Virus record (IMG/VR): IMGVR_UViG_3300017919_000016
Location: 1-64,000 of that record
DNA: 64,000 nt
Reading direction: 5' to 3' (one strand)
Source: a virus
Taxonomy: Duplodnaviria; Caudoviricetes
Under the pieces are notes generated by a model. It was not told the DNA's origin, ran no database searches, and saw only the letters and a list, made by a program, of their open reading frames with translations. Positions within the stretch are counted from its first letter, which is position 1, and every line of letters starts with the position of its first letter. Positions 30,451-39,790 of this stretch are shown piece by piece. The translations under genes and the position numbers were made by a program.

Positions 30451-32036
30451 AGTCAAGTCCGATTTTGTGTGTAAAAACATATTCGGTACAAATAGTAAAT
30501 ATATGTCAACGCCGAGTTGCTAAAGTGAGTTCGGAGAATACGGGCTTAGTTTCTCAAGTGATCGCTGAGCACTGGTTCAATATCCTAGCCTAAATAGAAA
30601 GGTCAAATCCAAAACTGTGAAGAATGCAGCTGCTCTTACAGAGGCCGCAGACAGCTCTTTGAAGCCGACAAAATGTTATCCTCAATAGAGACCGCTTAAG
30701 CTCCTACAGCAAGGCTCTTCGGCTCATCTATCACTTCTTTTCTTTTGCTTTGCTCCTTCATAAAGGTATGGTACTCCTCCATATCAAAGTATCTCTTACC
30801 TGAGATCCACCTCTCATGTATTTCGAGCAACACCGATCCAATGATGCGGACAATACTATCATCGTTTGGGAAAATGCTGATAACCCGCTCACGCCTCCGC
30901 ACTTCTCTGTTCACACGTTCCTGCATATTAGTGGTGCGCAGTCTCTTTCTGTATTTTGAGGGGTAGTACAGTACGTGGGTGGCATCGTCAAAACCTCGAT
31001 CAAGGATTTCGATTGCCTTAGGTGCTTTATCTTCAAAGGTAGCAATGATTTCATCTCGGATTTCACGTGCGATATCAATCTTCGGTGCGGTGAACATCGC
31101 TTGAAGCATTTCTTTGAGTTCAGGACGAATGGACTTCGGCGTTTTTTCGAGAATGTTCCTCGAGAAGTGTGTCTGGCATCGCTGCCAAGACGCTCCGACA
31201 AAATGCTCCTCTATCGCAGCCACTAGACCTTTATGATCATCTGAGACAACCGTTTGAACACCACTGATCCCTCGCTCTTTCAGGTTTTCAAATAAGCATG
31301 CCCAAGTGTCCTTCGTCTCTGTTTTTTCAACAGCAAACCCTACGATTTCTCTATAGCCGTCCTCATTGATTCCACTTGCGATCAGAACTCCGCGGGACTT
31401 CACCCTGCCTTGATGTCGCGCTTTTGTGTAGAGGGCATCAACAATTAGGAAAGGGAACTTCTTGTCGTCGAGCGGGCGATTTCTGAAACTTTCTACGATG
31501 GGATCTAGACGCTTGGCTAAGTCGGATATGGTACTTTTGCTGAAGTTTTTGCCGCATAGCGTTTCAGTGATTTCTCCAACTTTCCGAGTGGATACACCAT
31601 TGACGTACATTTCCATCATAGTCAACACCAGAGCTTGCTCACTTCGTTGATAGCGCTCAAAGAGTTCTGTGCTAAAGTCGCCATTTCGTAGCCTGGGAAC
31701 GGTAAGCGTGAGCGTACCCACGCGAGTCGTCAGTTGACGCTCTCTATGCCCGTTACGATAGGCTTTACGCTCGGATGTTCTTTCATATTTTTCCGCTTGG
31801 ATCTGCTCTGTGATTTCGGTTTCTAATACTTGATTAAGAATCTCCTCATGGAGTGTCCTAAATGCTTGATCTCTACCGTCGATTGAAAAAAGCCCGTGCA
31901 CGATCTCGCTGTCTACGGTAAAATGAAATTGAGCCATATCTGTCTCCTTTCGGTCCTAATAGTTGTCTGTCAACTTCTATTATACCGAAGCTTCGGATGT
32001 GGCTCATCCTTTTTACACCATTATATGGACTCTATC
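30451..32036 (-). mobile_element. IS256-family insertion sequence with 8-bp target duplication ATCAAGAA
   Basis: Duplication at 30443-30450 and 32037-32044; ends GATAGAGTCCATATAATGGTGTAAAA and AGTCAAGTCCGATTTTGTGTGTAAAA resemble IS256 inverted repeats. Confidence 0.95.
30696..31937 (-). CDS. IS256-family (Mutator-type) DDE transposase
   Basis: RNG.R.R.L.TRVG.L.L.VPR.R, GVSTRKV, VDA, SDDH.GL, WQRCQ.HF.RN, TTN..ER.N.E.RRR. Confidence 0.96.
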   Translation of the reverse strand: MAQFHFTVDSEIVHGLFSIDGRDQAFRTLHEEILNQVLETEITEQIQAEKYERTSERKAYRNGHRERQLTTRVGTLTLTVPRLRNGDFSTELFERYQRSEQALVLTMMEMYVNGVSTRKVGEITETLCGKNFSKSTISDLAKRLDPIVESFRNRPLDDKKFPFLIVDALYTKARHQGRVKSRGVLIASGINEDGYREIVGFAVEKTETKDTWACLFENLKERGISGVQTVVSDDHKGLVAAIEEHFVGASWQRCQTHFSRNILEKTPKSIRPELKEMLQAMFTAPKIDIAREIRDEIIATFEDKAPKAIEILDRGFDDATHVLYYPSKYRKRLRTTNMQERVNREVRRRERVISIFPNDDSIVRIIGSVLLEIHERWISGKRYFDMEEYHTFMKEQSKRKEVIDEPKSLAVGA

Positions 32037-32202
32037 ATCAAGAATCCACCTTTGAGGATAAAATTGTCTTTGTACTTTGAAATCGAAATTCTTTCTAGAA
32101 GCCTTTCCATCATAAAATTCTGAAGCACAGTATTCGCTATCAAATTATTCTCTTTAGCCACATTGTTAATCCAGTCTTTCAATTGTCTAGGACTACCAAC
32201 TT

Positions 32203-32802
32203 TCATGTCAACACCTCCATGTATTTTCGAACCAAATCTTTAATATTAAAAACATCGGCATACTTAAGTAGTTTAGAATAATCTGCTCCGGGAGTTTTCA
32301 TATATCTTTTGACTGCTTCATTCACTAAATCAGTATCGAGATGTTCTTTCTTTTTTAGGCAGTCACAAATGGTTCTTTCTTTATCATATACATAGACTTG
32401 ATGCCCAAATGGTGTCTCCATGGTAATCCTACCAACTGTATAAAGCTTCTCCGCAATATAAAAGAACTTATATTTTTCTTTCTCTTTCAGGAGCCTAGTA
32501 TTGTATCCTGATGGAATTGTCAGCATTAATTGGAAAGGTGTCCTATCTGTTAAATCGTGAAAATATAATGCTGTCTCATGGGAAAAGATACCTTTTTTAC
32601 ATCTGTACTGAGTTAAAAAGTACTCATCTTCCATCTGATCAGGATCCATATATAACCCTTGCTCAAGTTTTTCAATTTCACCAACCTGATACATACGTTG
32701 TAGAGTTTTATAAGCCACACCAGCTTCTTTAGCTTCACCTGATGTCAAAATACCTTTGTTGTCTTTCAATAGTTTAGTCACTAAATCCTTTTGAGTCATC
32801 AA
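32203..32802 (-). CDS. abiEi: AbiEi-family antitoxin
   Basis: FSHETALYFHDLTD and YDKERTICD motifs; 4-nt overlap with abiEii. Confidence 0.88.
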   Translation of the reverse strand: MMTQKDLVTKLLKDNKGILTSGEAKEAGVAYKTLQRMYQVGEIEKLEQGLYMDPDQMEDEYFLTQYRCKKGIFSHETALYFHDLTDRTPFQLMLTIPSGYNTRLLKEKEKYKFFYIAEKLYTVGRITMETPFGHQVYVYDKERTICDCLKKKEHLDTDLVNEAVKRYMKTPGADYSKLLKYADVFNIKDLVRKYMEVLT

Positions 32803-32815
32803 ATCACCTCCTCAT

Positions 32816-33002
32816 TTGTCATATTCGTTCGTAAATACAATATCATATACGAACGAATATGACAACTATTTTTTTGCTAATTTTTAGGAGATGATTCAAT
32901 TTTACCTTTTATGCTAAAATAACATTTTATGTTAGCACAATTGACAATACCGTTTTGTCATTTTTGTTCGTATAATTTGTTGTTCATACGCACAAATATG
33001 AC
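32816..33002. promoter_or_regulatory. Two inverted-repeat operators upstream of abiEi, the proximal one overlapping the promoter
   Basis: Perfect 18-bp IR at 32816-32833/32848-32865 with a 14-bp spacer; degenerate copy at 32955-33002; TTGTCA-N17-TATTGT on the minus strand. Confidence 0.75.
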
Positions 33003-33004
33003 GC

Positions 33005-33214
33005 CTAAAGCCACGAAGGAATTACATCATCAATAAACAGTTCTCGCTTCGGCTTTGCAATACCAATGAACTGTTTGTGACATTCCCAAAGGTCCATCAG
33101 GTATCCTATAGGCATCAGCCACACCTCATCTTCTTTACGATTAAGATGGGCTGTGCCATAGTAGATCAGTCGGGTAAATAACTCCTCATCACTTACCCGA
33201 CCACCTCGTTTTTT
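33005..33214 (-). CDS. Tail assembly chaperone -1 frameshift extension (lambda gpGT-like)
   Basis: Slippery A AAA AAC at 33214-33208; -1 frame open to TAG at 33005; conserved in E2. Confidence 0.8.
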   Translation of the reverse strand, partial: KKRGGRVSDEELFTRLIYYGTAHLNRKEDEVWLMPIGYLMDLWECHKQFIGIAKPKRELFIDDVIPSWL

Positions 33215-33603
33215 GAGGGTTCACTCTCCACGTTTCTCTTGGTCCCTTTTATCATACTGGCCATGATTGCATTCTTATAGCTTGCCAGATCAAAAGGTGT
33301 GGTGAGAAGTTCTACTTCATCTTCTGTCAGGAGTTCTTTTTTCTGGTCCTTGTTTCTGATGTTATGAATCAAGATAGACTGATTGGCCAGAAGTGTAATC
33401 AGCCACACAATCTCAGAAAGCGCCATTTCAAAGTTCTCAGTTTTCATGAGCTTCTCGCCCAGGTTCTCAAGACCTCCATAACGTCCAGCAATTTCTTTTG
33501 TCGCTTTCGTAGTCAGCACCAGTTTAAATTCTGTCCCACCGATTTCTATGGTGGCGCTTCTATCTTCAGCCGCTTCAGTAAGTTTTACATTTTCATCTGC
33601 CAT
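33193..33603 (-). CDS. Tail assembly chaperone (gpG-like)
   Basis: Lies between major tail and tape measure genes; ends at a slippery site. Confidence 0.85.
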   Translation of the reverse strand: MADENVKLTEAAEDRSATIEIGGTEFKLVLTTKATKEIAGRYGGLENLGEKLMKTENFEMALSEIVWLITLLANQSILIHNIRNKDQKKELLTEDEVELLTTPFDLASYKNAIMASMIKGTKRNVESEPSKNEVVG

Positions 33604-33617
33604 TTATTTTCCCTCCA

Positions 33618-34499
33618 TTAAGATACGATTACTGTTGCTACATCAGTGGTGACAGGATCCGCTCCACTTAAACTCAGCACACAGTAGTAGTAATAGGTAT
33701 CTGCCAGAAGATCCGTTGGGATATCAAAGCTGGCAGATGTTTCTCCATTAATCGGTGTACCGCCTGTAGAACTGTCGATGGTGTTTTCATACCACTGATA
33801 AGTTACAGGGTTAGACGTATTGGAGCTTGCAACCACAGCGAGACTTCCCGTAATGCTACCAGCAGTTACTTCTGTGAGTCCTGCAGGTTGAGTCGTAATG
33901 GTAATCGCCGGTGTTACCGGAGTAAAGTCCGGTTCATACACAGAAGTAAACCATCCAGAAATGGTTGATGGGGCAACACCACTGTCTCCCTCAGTGACTT
34001 CTGCTTTCCACGGATGCTTATTCTCGCCATCCAGTTTGTTTCGCCTAAAAACCGTTCCTTCTATGGTGGGGCTACTAAAGGTTATGGAGTCGCCTTTGGT
34101 CGCAAGGCTGGTAGCTGGAACGCTGAAGATAACTCTGTAAAGCCAAAAATATCTATAGCGCCCATTGGCCTTCTTAGCACGAAAGCCGATGGCTACGGGG
34201 CTTCCTCCATCTTCACTTCTTGAAACCACCACATTGTTGCTGTCGATTTTACACCCAGTCAAATCCTGGGCCACGATAGATCCGATATCATCAATCCCAA
34301 GTGTCAGTGCACCACTTTTGAATTCCTTCACTACTTCAGAAGCTCCATCATCTGCGTAAAGAATCGCTTCAATCAGCTCCACACTTAGTTCTGCTGTCAT
34401 GGCTTTTGCCAGAACTTTCGGTGTCCCATAGGTTTCGATACCATTTTCATCTTCTGTGATCTTGGCGTAATATAAACTATCCAAACCAATTGTTGCCAT
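33618..34499 (-). CDS. Major tail protein (phi13-like) with C-terminal Ig-like domain
   Basis: MATIGLD.LYYAKI, LYADDG; ITTQP..YQWY..YYYC tail. Confidence 0.9.
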   Translation of the reverse strand: MATIGLDSLYYAKITEDENGIETYGTPKVLAKAMTAELSVELIEAILYADDGASEVVKEFKSGALTLGIDDIGSIVAQDLTGCKIDSNNVVVSRSEDGGSPVAIGFRAKKANGRYRYFWLYRVIFSVPATSLATKGDSITFSSPTIEGTVFRRNKLDGENKHPWKAEVTEGDSGVAPSTISGWFTSVYEPDFTPVTPAITITTQPAGLTEVTAGSITGSLAVVASSNTSNPVTYQWYENTIDSSTGGTPINGETSASFDIPTDLLADTYYYYCVLSLSGADPVTTDVATVIVS

Positions 34500-34537
34500 G
34501 TCCTATTCCTCCTTTAAAATAGCTGAGTCAACTTCAG

Positions 34538-34885
34538 CTAAACTTTCAATTCGTATTCTCTTGCCACATCGATGGCGAAGTGGTGAAAACCGGTATCTTC
34601 TTCATATCCCAGATACCTTCTGTCCGTTATGATAAAGCCTGCTCCCAGTAGTGTTATTACCAGTTCATTCTTTCTCGCCTGGTAGTTACCCTTAGAAAAT
34701 AAGGAGAGGCGAACTTCCTGTAGTTCTGCACTTGGCAGATCATCAGCGTAATGATCGAAGATATCACTCATGGGAGTAAGGACCAGATACTCATCCGGTG
34801 CCTTTTTACTAAACACGCCCGTTTCAATGGGGATCCCCAAAGGCTCAAGGACCTCGCCTATATCTTTCAAGATACTGTTATACAT
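34538..34885 (-). CDS. Tail terminator/completion protein
   Basis: Position before the major tail gene; YEEDTGFHH motif. Confidence 0.7.
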   Translation of the reverse strand: MYNSILKDIGEVLEPLGIPIETGVFSKKAPDEYLVLTPMSDIFDHYADDLPSAELQEVRLSLFSKGNYQARKNELVITLLGAGFIITDRRYLGYEEDTGFHHFAIDVAREYELKV

Positions 34886-34905
34886 TTCGCTCGCCCTCCT
34901 TATCT

Positions 34906-35337
34906 TTAGATTTTGCTAATCTCTTCATCCAGCTTTCTTTTCATTGCTTCAATACAGGCGTTCCGGCTGGCTGTTTTTGCCGGTTTTAAGAAGGGCTTTG
35001 CGGGCTGACCGGACTTTCCATACTCCAAAATATTGGCTATCTTTGCATTAGACTCCCCGTCTTTTCGCGGTTCATCAAAGCCCACCTTCACATTGTAATT
35101 CCCGTCCCGATCCACACCAGCCGGTGTTACACCAAGAGCATCAATCAGTTCTCCTGTTGATCTTGATGGAAGTTTTGTGTCACTACCAAGGCTCGCCTGG
35201 AGATTGGCTTTCACTTTGGCTTTCACCACTTCGCCACCTGCTTCCAGGACCTTGGGGATGATTTCATCGGTCTTTTCAGCTAGGGCAGATACCTTTAACA
35301 AGAAAGCTTCTGGCATTTTGTAGGTCCCACGAGCCAT
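34906..35337 (-). CDS. HK97 gp10-family tail component
   Basis: TGEL and LEYG.S.QPAKPFLKPA motifs. Confidence 0.88.
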   Translation of the reverse strand: MARGTYKMPEAFLLKVSALAEKTDEIIPKVLEAGGEVVKAKVKANLQASLGSDTKLPSRSTGELIDALGVTPAGVDRDGNYNVKVGFDEPRKDGESNAKIANILEYGKSGQPAKPFLKPAKTASRNACIEAMKRKLDEEISKI

Positions 35338-35348
35338 GAAATCACCTC

Positions 35349-35678
35349 CTAGTCCTTCGTGGCTTCTAACTTTTCTGCTGCTACTTCTAAGTAAAATCCC
35401 ATAATAACCTCAACGCTTAGGATCCGGTACTCACCGGTGTCACAGCGAATGAGCATACCAGGTTCAATCACCACATTAGGAGTCCTTCTAAACTGAAAGG
35501 TGGCACTTGCTTTGGTGTAGGCGGCCATATTGGCCCACTTCCTTGAGCCATGCCTTTCATCCCTGTACGCACGAACACTGGCGATAATTTCTTCTCCCTT
35601 AGAAGAGAATCCTTCATCGTCCTTGATGGGAATCGTATCGATGATGTCGATTCGGGTGTTCATCTTCCCAAAGCTCAT
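35349..35678 (-). CDS. Head-tail adaptor / head closure protein
   Basis: MSFGKMN..I.I, D.EGF; syntenic position. Confidence 0.8.
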   Translation of the reverse strand: MSFGKMNTRIDIIDTIPIKDDEGFSSKGEEIIASVRAYRDERHGSRKWANMAAYTKASATFQFRRTPNVVIEPGMLIRCDTGEYRILSVEVIMGFYLEVAAEKLEATKD

Positions 35679-35796
35679 ACCCTTCACCTGCCTTTACTGC
35701 CTTCTCCTCATAACCATGACTGCGATCCTTTCGTCTGCCTTTTCGGTAGCATCTTTTCTGACGTTTCCTTCTTTTCTTCACCCATAGTCGTTTCAT
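35614..35796 (-). CDS. Arg/Lys-rich 60-aa microprotein overlapping the adaptor gene
   Basis: TGATG coupling to the connector stop, SD GGGAGG; differences from the E2 copy are mostly synonymous in this frame. Confidence 0.6.
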   Translation of the reverse strand: MKRLWVKKRRKRQKRCYRKGRRKDRSHGYEEKAVKAGEGYELWEDEHPNRHHRYDSHQGR

Positions 35797-36104
35797 CAGA
35801 CCTCCCACTCCTTTCCCATGCGTAGAAGTAGATGTACTGTCTTCCACACCTGTTCTGAAGCACTGACATTGTCATTAAAAAAGCCACCGGTGGAGCCATC
35901 GCGACTCTCATAAAAATGAGAGGCTAGCATGATGACCCCTTGCTCGGTAGCCGGTGACATGGTGTTTTCTTTATAGAAGTTCGCACCTAGATGCTGATAA
36001 CCTTCGGCATAGCTAATGGCGGCAGCAATCAAACCTTCCAGTAAGGCATCATCCTCATTATGGGTTACAATGAGATTTGCTTTTACCTTCTCAAGAAGCG
36101 CCAT
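35796..36104 (-). CDS. Head-tail connector (HK97 gp6-like)
   Basis: LEKVKANL...EDDALL..LI.AA and HFYESR motifs. Confidence 0.88.
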   Translation of the reverse strand: MALLEKVKANLIVTHNEDDALLEGLIAAAISYAEGYQHLGANFYKENTMSPATEQGVIMLASHFYESRDGSTGGFFNDNVSASEQVWKTVHLLLRMGKEWEV

Positions 36105-36110
36105 CTACCA

Positions 36111-36335
36111 TCACTCGCTTTCCATAAGGCCAGCGGCTTTTAGCTTAGCAAGTAAGGCATTGAAATCTGCAACCAGGTCCGCCACATCCACAGCGGTGCT
36201 GTCTGCTTGAACAGCTGCAGGTTTCAGTTCCGTCCCATCAAAGGTGACTTTTCCTTCTGCAGTTACAGCAAGCTCTCCACCAATTACGGTCTTATCGCCA
36301 CCCTGCTCAGTATAGTTTTTCGTGTTATATCCCAT
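36111..36335 (-). CDS. Small head fibre/decoration protein
   Basis: Follows the capsid gene; DSTA.DVA.L.ADFNALLAKLKAAG. Confidence 0.7.
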   Translation of the reverse strand: MGYNTKNYTEQGGDKTVIGGELAVTAEGKVTFDGTELKPAAVQADSTAVDVADLVADFNALLAKLKAAGLMESE

Positions 36336-36399
36336 GGTTTTCCCTCCTTATCAAAGTGAAAGGAAGGCAGTAACTAGGACCACCTTCCTATTAGATTAC

Positions 36400-37593
36400 T
36401 TAGGCCTTTTGCTGAAGCACCTTGATGGCTTCAGGAAGGATCAGCTTCGCATCCAGTCTCTGGGATGCAAGGAAACCCACCTGACCACTTGCTGCATAGA
36501 GTTCGTTCAGACGCTTGAAGGTTCTACCCTGACGATCAGCAATCCAGTAGTACTTGAAGTCTCCGAAGAGAATGGTCTTCTCCCCCGCTGCAGCTGTTGG
36601 CATGTACTGAGAAGTTGCCACTGGACGATTGAGAATCGTATCCGGTGTGCCCGCCTGAACAGATGGCTGCCACAGGTACTGACCCTGACCATCTTTCAGC
36701 TTTCTGATGGCCTTGATGGTTGCATCGTTCACAAGGAATGTCGCATTCTTTCTGTAGGCCGACTTCAAGCTGTGGTAAAGGTCCAGCACTTCATCAATGG
36801 TGATGGCTGTCGCACTTGCTGCGGTCACACCGAGGCTTGCTCCACCGGTTGTATGAAGAAGACCTGTAGGTTTGCTGCTTCCGTTTCCAGTGAGGAATGC
36901 TTCCTCTTCAGCTGCTCCGATTCTTCTTGCAAACTCAGCTGCAATGTAGGCTTCAAGGTCGAAGTAGCTGTCATTAAGAAGCTCGTCAGAAACCTTCAGC
37001 ATGGTACCAAGTTTGTAGGCCGACAAGGTCACCTGAGTGAACGCATCGTCGCTTTCAGTGAAGGCGGCTTCCTCGTCCATCCATGTAGCGGATCCATGAC
37101 TCGCCACCACAGGAATCTTTCTATCCCCGTAGCTGGTCGTAATCACGTTGCACAGATTTCTAAGAAGGTTCGCCTCTTGAAGTGCCTGAATCAGCTGGTT
37201 CTCATACTCATCCGGTACAAGGAAGCCACCTTCTGAATCGGTACCGATTTGAAGCGCATTGTGAACAGCAGGGTTCATCTTGTTTCTCATAGCACCCCAA
37301 AAGGCACTCTTATAGGCATCGGATGCTCTACCAGTTTTCTCTTCGGTCATCTTCTCAGGTCTTGATGCAAGAGGTTTGCTAAGGGCAGCTGAAAGTTCCC
37401 TATCCATCATCTCCTGACGCTCAAGACGCTCGATTTCCTTTCCAAGGTTGACCACTTCATCTTCCATCTTTTCATAGACGGCATTGTCCTCAGGTTTGAT
37501 CAGACCATTCTCCTGACGATGTTCATCCAGGAAGCCTTTAGCCTGTTCCCAAACCTTGGCACGTTTCTCTCTTAGTTCTTGAATTTTACTCAT
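36400..37593 (-). CDS. HK97-fold major capsid protein
   Basis: N-terminal coiled-coil delta domain, GGFLVP, KLKD..GQYLW, FGDF. Confidence 0.95.
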   Translation of the reverse strand: MSKIQELREKRAKVWEQAKGFLDEHRQENGLIKPEDNAVYEKMEDEVVNLGKEIERLERQEMMDRELSAALSKPLASRPEKMTEEKTGRASDAYKSAFWGAMRNKMNPAVHNALQIGTDSEGGFLVPDEYENQLIQALQEANLLRNLCNVITTSYGDRKIPVVASHGSATWMDEEAAFTESDDAFTQVTLSAYKLGTMLKVSDELLNDSYFDLEAYIAAEFARRIGAAEEEAFLTGNGSSKPTGLLHTTGGASLGVTAASATAITIDEVLDLYHSLKSAYRKNATFLVNDATIKAIRKLKDGQGQYLWQPSVQAGTPDTILNRPVATSQYMPTAAAGEKTILFGDFKYYWIADRQGRTFKRLNELYAASGQVGFLASQRLDAKLILPEAIKVLQQKA

Positions 37594-37598
37594 ATTCA

Positions 37599-38420
37599 TT
37601 ACCTCCAATTTTTAATCAGCTCCAGCCGTCTTTCCAGCTGGGCAGTAGGGATCTGGTTTACTGAATGGGCAGGATCCTTCAAATCGTCTTCACCTTGTGT
37701 TTCAGGATCTTGACTCTTCTCCGGCTCCTTAGCTTTGCCCTCATCATCATGTGCTTTTAGATATTTCATCCTCGCCTGAATACCAGGGAGTTTGTTCCTT
37801 AGAGCATTCGTCACTGTCATCTGGTCAAAGATAAAACCACCGGAACCTTCATCTACCACCTCTGATTCATAAAGAATCTTGTCGGCAAATTTTAGCTCGA
37901 TGGCTTTGTGGGCACTCATCCAGGTTTCAGCGTCCATCATGTGTGAGATTTTCGCTCTGGAAAGTCCCGTCTTTGTCTGATAAGCATTGATAATGCTCTC
38001 CTTCACTTCACTGAGGAGATTAATCCCCACCTGCAGATCCGCCACCTCACCAGCAATAAGCATGGCTGGGTTATGGATCATGAGCACTGACAGGGGAGAA
38101 ACACACACCTCATCTCCCGCCATAGCAATGACAGAAGCAGCACTGGCTGCCAGCCCATCAATATGGACACTGACCTTGCCGGGATATTCCTTAAGCATGT
38201 TGTAAATCTGCGCTGCTGCGAAGGTGTCACCACCTGGTGAGTGTATCTTTACAACAATGTCATCCGTCTCCGGCCCACTGGCATAAAGCTCTGTCTTAAA
38301 TTGTTTAGGGGTGATGTCATCATCAAACCAAGAGGACTCAGCAATGTACCCTTCAAGATGCAGAGTTCTTACCATAGGCTCCTCGGCTTCATTCACCACC
38401 CAACGCCAAAATTTATCCAT
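37599..38420 (-). CDS. ClpP-type prohead protease
   Basis: IHSPGGD, DGLAASAAS, MIHNP, ETWM. Confidence 0.93.
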   Translation of the reverse strand: MDKFWRWVVNEAEEPMVRTLHLEGYIAESSWFDDDITPKQFKTELYASGPETDDIVVKIHSPGGDTFAAAQIYNMLKEYPGKVSVHIDGLAASAASVIAMAGDEVCVSPLSVLMIHNPAMLIAGEVADLQVGINLLSEVKESIINAYQTKTGLSRAKISHMMDAETWMSAHKAIELKFADKILYESEVVDEGSGGFIFDQMTVTNALRNKLPGIQARMKYLKAHDDEGKAKEPEKSQDPETQGEDDLKDPAHSVNQIPTAQLERRLELIKNWR

Positions 38421-38529
38421 CTAATCGACCTCCTTTTTCCCATAAAAAATGCACTCCTCATTAAGAGAAATGCTGTTGATACTTAAATTTAACTTTGTAG
38501 TTGTCCACAGAAATGGCCTTATTTATACA

Positions 38530-39771
38530 CTACTCATCAGGACCATCACCGCCAGACTCATCCAGGGCTTTCTTTGCATAAGCCCCGGCCATCTCTAGAG
38601 GCAGCATGTTGCCATTCACCAGATACCAATCACCACCGTCTTCTTCCGAGATTGGATCCATGTTCTCCATCCTTCTTACATCATTGACGGAGAAGAATCC
38701 GTTCTGAATACCGATGGCGTAACCATCCATCCTGGATTTATAATCCCCTCGCATCAGTGCCGATGCATTGAAGGACACGAAGCACTGACCTTTCTCTTTT
38801 TCTAGAAAGAGCTTCTTGTTCATGGCCTGCTCTATTCGAACCAGCCAAGGCCGGATGGTATGGACCACAAAGCTGATGGACTGGTTCTCAATGTTACTGA
38901 ATGAACTCTTGCTGAGATCCGCCACCATATGGGGAGGCACCTGAAAGATTCTACAGATTTCCTCTATCTGAAACTTCCTGGTCTCAAGAAACTGCGCATC
39001 GGAGTTTGGCATGCTGATGGCTTGATACTGAAGACCATCTTCAAGAACTGCCACCTTATTGCTATTTCCACTTCCTCCATAGGCCGCCTGCCAAGCATCT
39101 CTCACCTTTGTAGGATCCTTGATGGTTCCTGAAGTTGAAAGAATACCACTTGGTGTAGCGTTATTGGCAAAGAATCTACCGCCATATTCTTCAGCGGCTA
39201 TGTTCAGTCCGATGGCATTTTTCGCAAGGGCCACTGGTGAATAACCCATGACACCGTCAAAGCCAAGACCCGGTACATGAAGCACATCTTCCGGTCCTAA
39301 ATAATGGGTGGTGGTGTCCTTCCTGTAAGCATAGTAAAGATTGCCATTCTTATCTCTGTCCACCGTCATCTTGTCGGGAAGCAGAGGATACAGATGCACC
39401 ACCTCTCCTTTACCATTTCGAATGATCTGACAGTAGGCATTCCCCCAAAGAAGAAGGTGAGTCATCATGGTCTCCCTCAGAGTAAAAGACGTCATCTCCG
39501 GATTCGGTTCATCATGCAAAATCCTATACAGTGGATGGGTGTACATCTTTTCTTTACCGTCCCCTTTGTACTGATACGTATGAAGAGGTAAAGATGCCAC
39601 CGTCTCTGCAATAATTCTCACGCAGGCGAAGACTGCTGTTGTCTGCATGGAGCTTCGCTCATTGACTATTTTCCCAGAGACACTTTGCCCCATATAAAAG
39701 TTCGGAGCGCTGCTAACACTGTCTGTGGGTTCTGCCCTGGCTTTAAAGAGCCATTTAAAAAAGTTCGCCAT
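38530..39771 (-). CDS. HK97-family portal protein
   Basis: AVFACVRII, LLLWGNAY, QFLETRKFQ..EICRIF.VPPH. Confidence 0.95.
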   Translation of the reverse strand: MANFFKWLFKARAEPTDSVSSAPNFYMGQSVSGKIVNERSSMQTTAVFACVRIIAETVASLPLHTYQYKGDGKEKMYTHPLYRILHDEPNPEMTSFTLRETMMTHLLLWGNAYCQIIRNGKGEVVHLYPLLPDKMTVDRDKNGNLYYAYRKDTTTHYLGPEDVLHVPGLGFDGVMGYSPVALAKNAIGLNIAAEEYGGRFFANNATPSGILSTSGTIKDPTKVRDAWQAAYGGSGNSNKVAVLEDGLQYQAISMPNSDAQFLETRKFQIEEICRIFQVPPHMVADLSKSSFSNIENQSISFVVHTIRPWLVRIEQAMNKKLFLEKEKGQCFVSFNASALMRGDYKSRMDGYAIGIQNGFFSVNDVRRMENMDPISEEDGGDWYLVNGNMLPLEMAGAYAKKALDESGGDGPDE

Positions 39772-39790
39772 AATTGTTGTTCACCCCCTT

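Larger units (their letters stand above)
29779..32206 (-). pseudogene. abiEii: AbiEii toxin gene split by IS256
   Basis: 5' part ends ILKGGFL; 3' part continues IAAMVGIDMRSTMDMD..AEK..RARDYYD; the frame is restored by removing the IS and one target duplication. Confidence 0.92.

Noticed and set aside
30451-30480. Start MFLHTKSDLT of the 233-aa track ORF
   Set aside because: Derived from the IS256 end; the true AbiEii N-terminus is at 32206.
35708-35785. Alternative small ORF MGEEKKETSEK...
   Set aside because: E1/E2 differences are non-synonymous in this frame but synonymous in the basic-peptide frame.
36322-37236. 304-aa plus-strand ORF
   Set aside because: Antisense shadow of the major capsid gene with no recognisable motifs.
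38501-38531. Two DnaA-box-like 9-mers between portal and protease genes
   Set aside because: Each has a mismatch, there are only two, and no other origin features are present.
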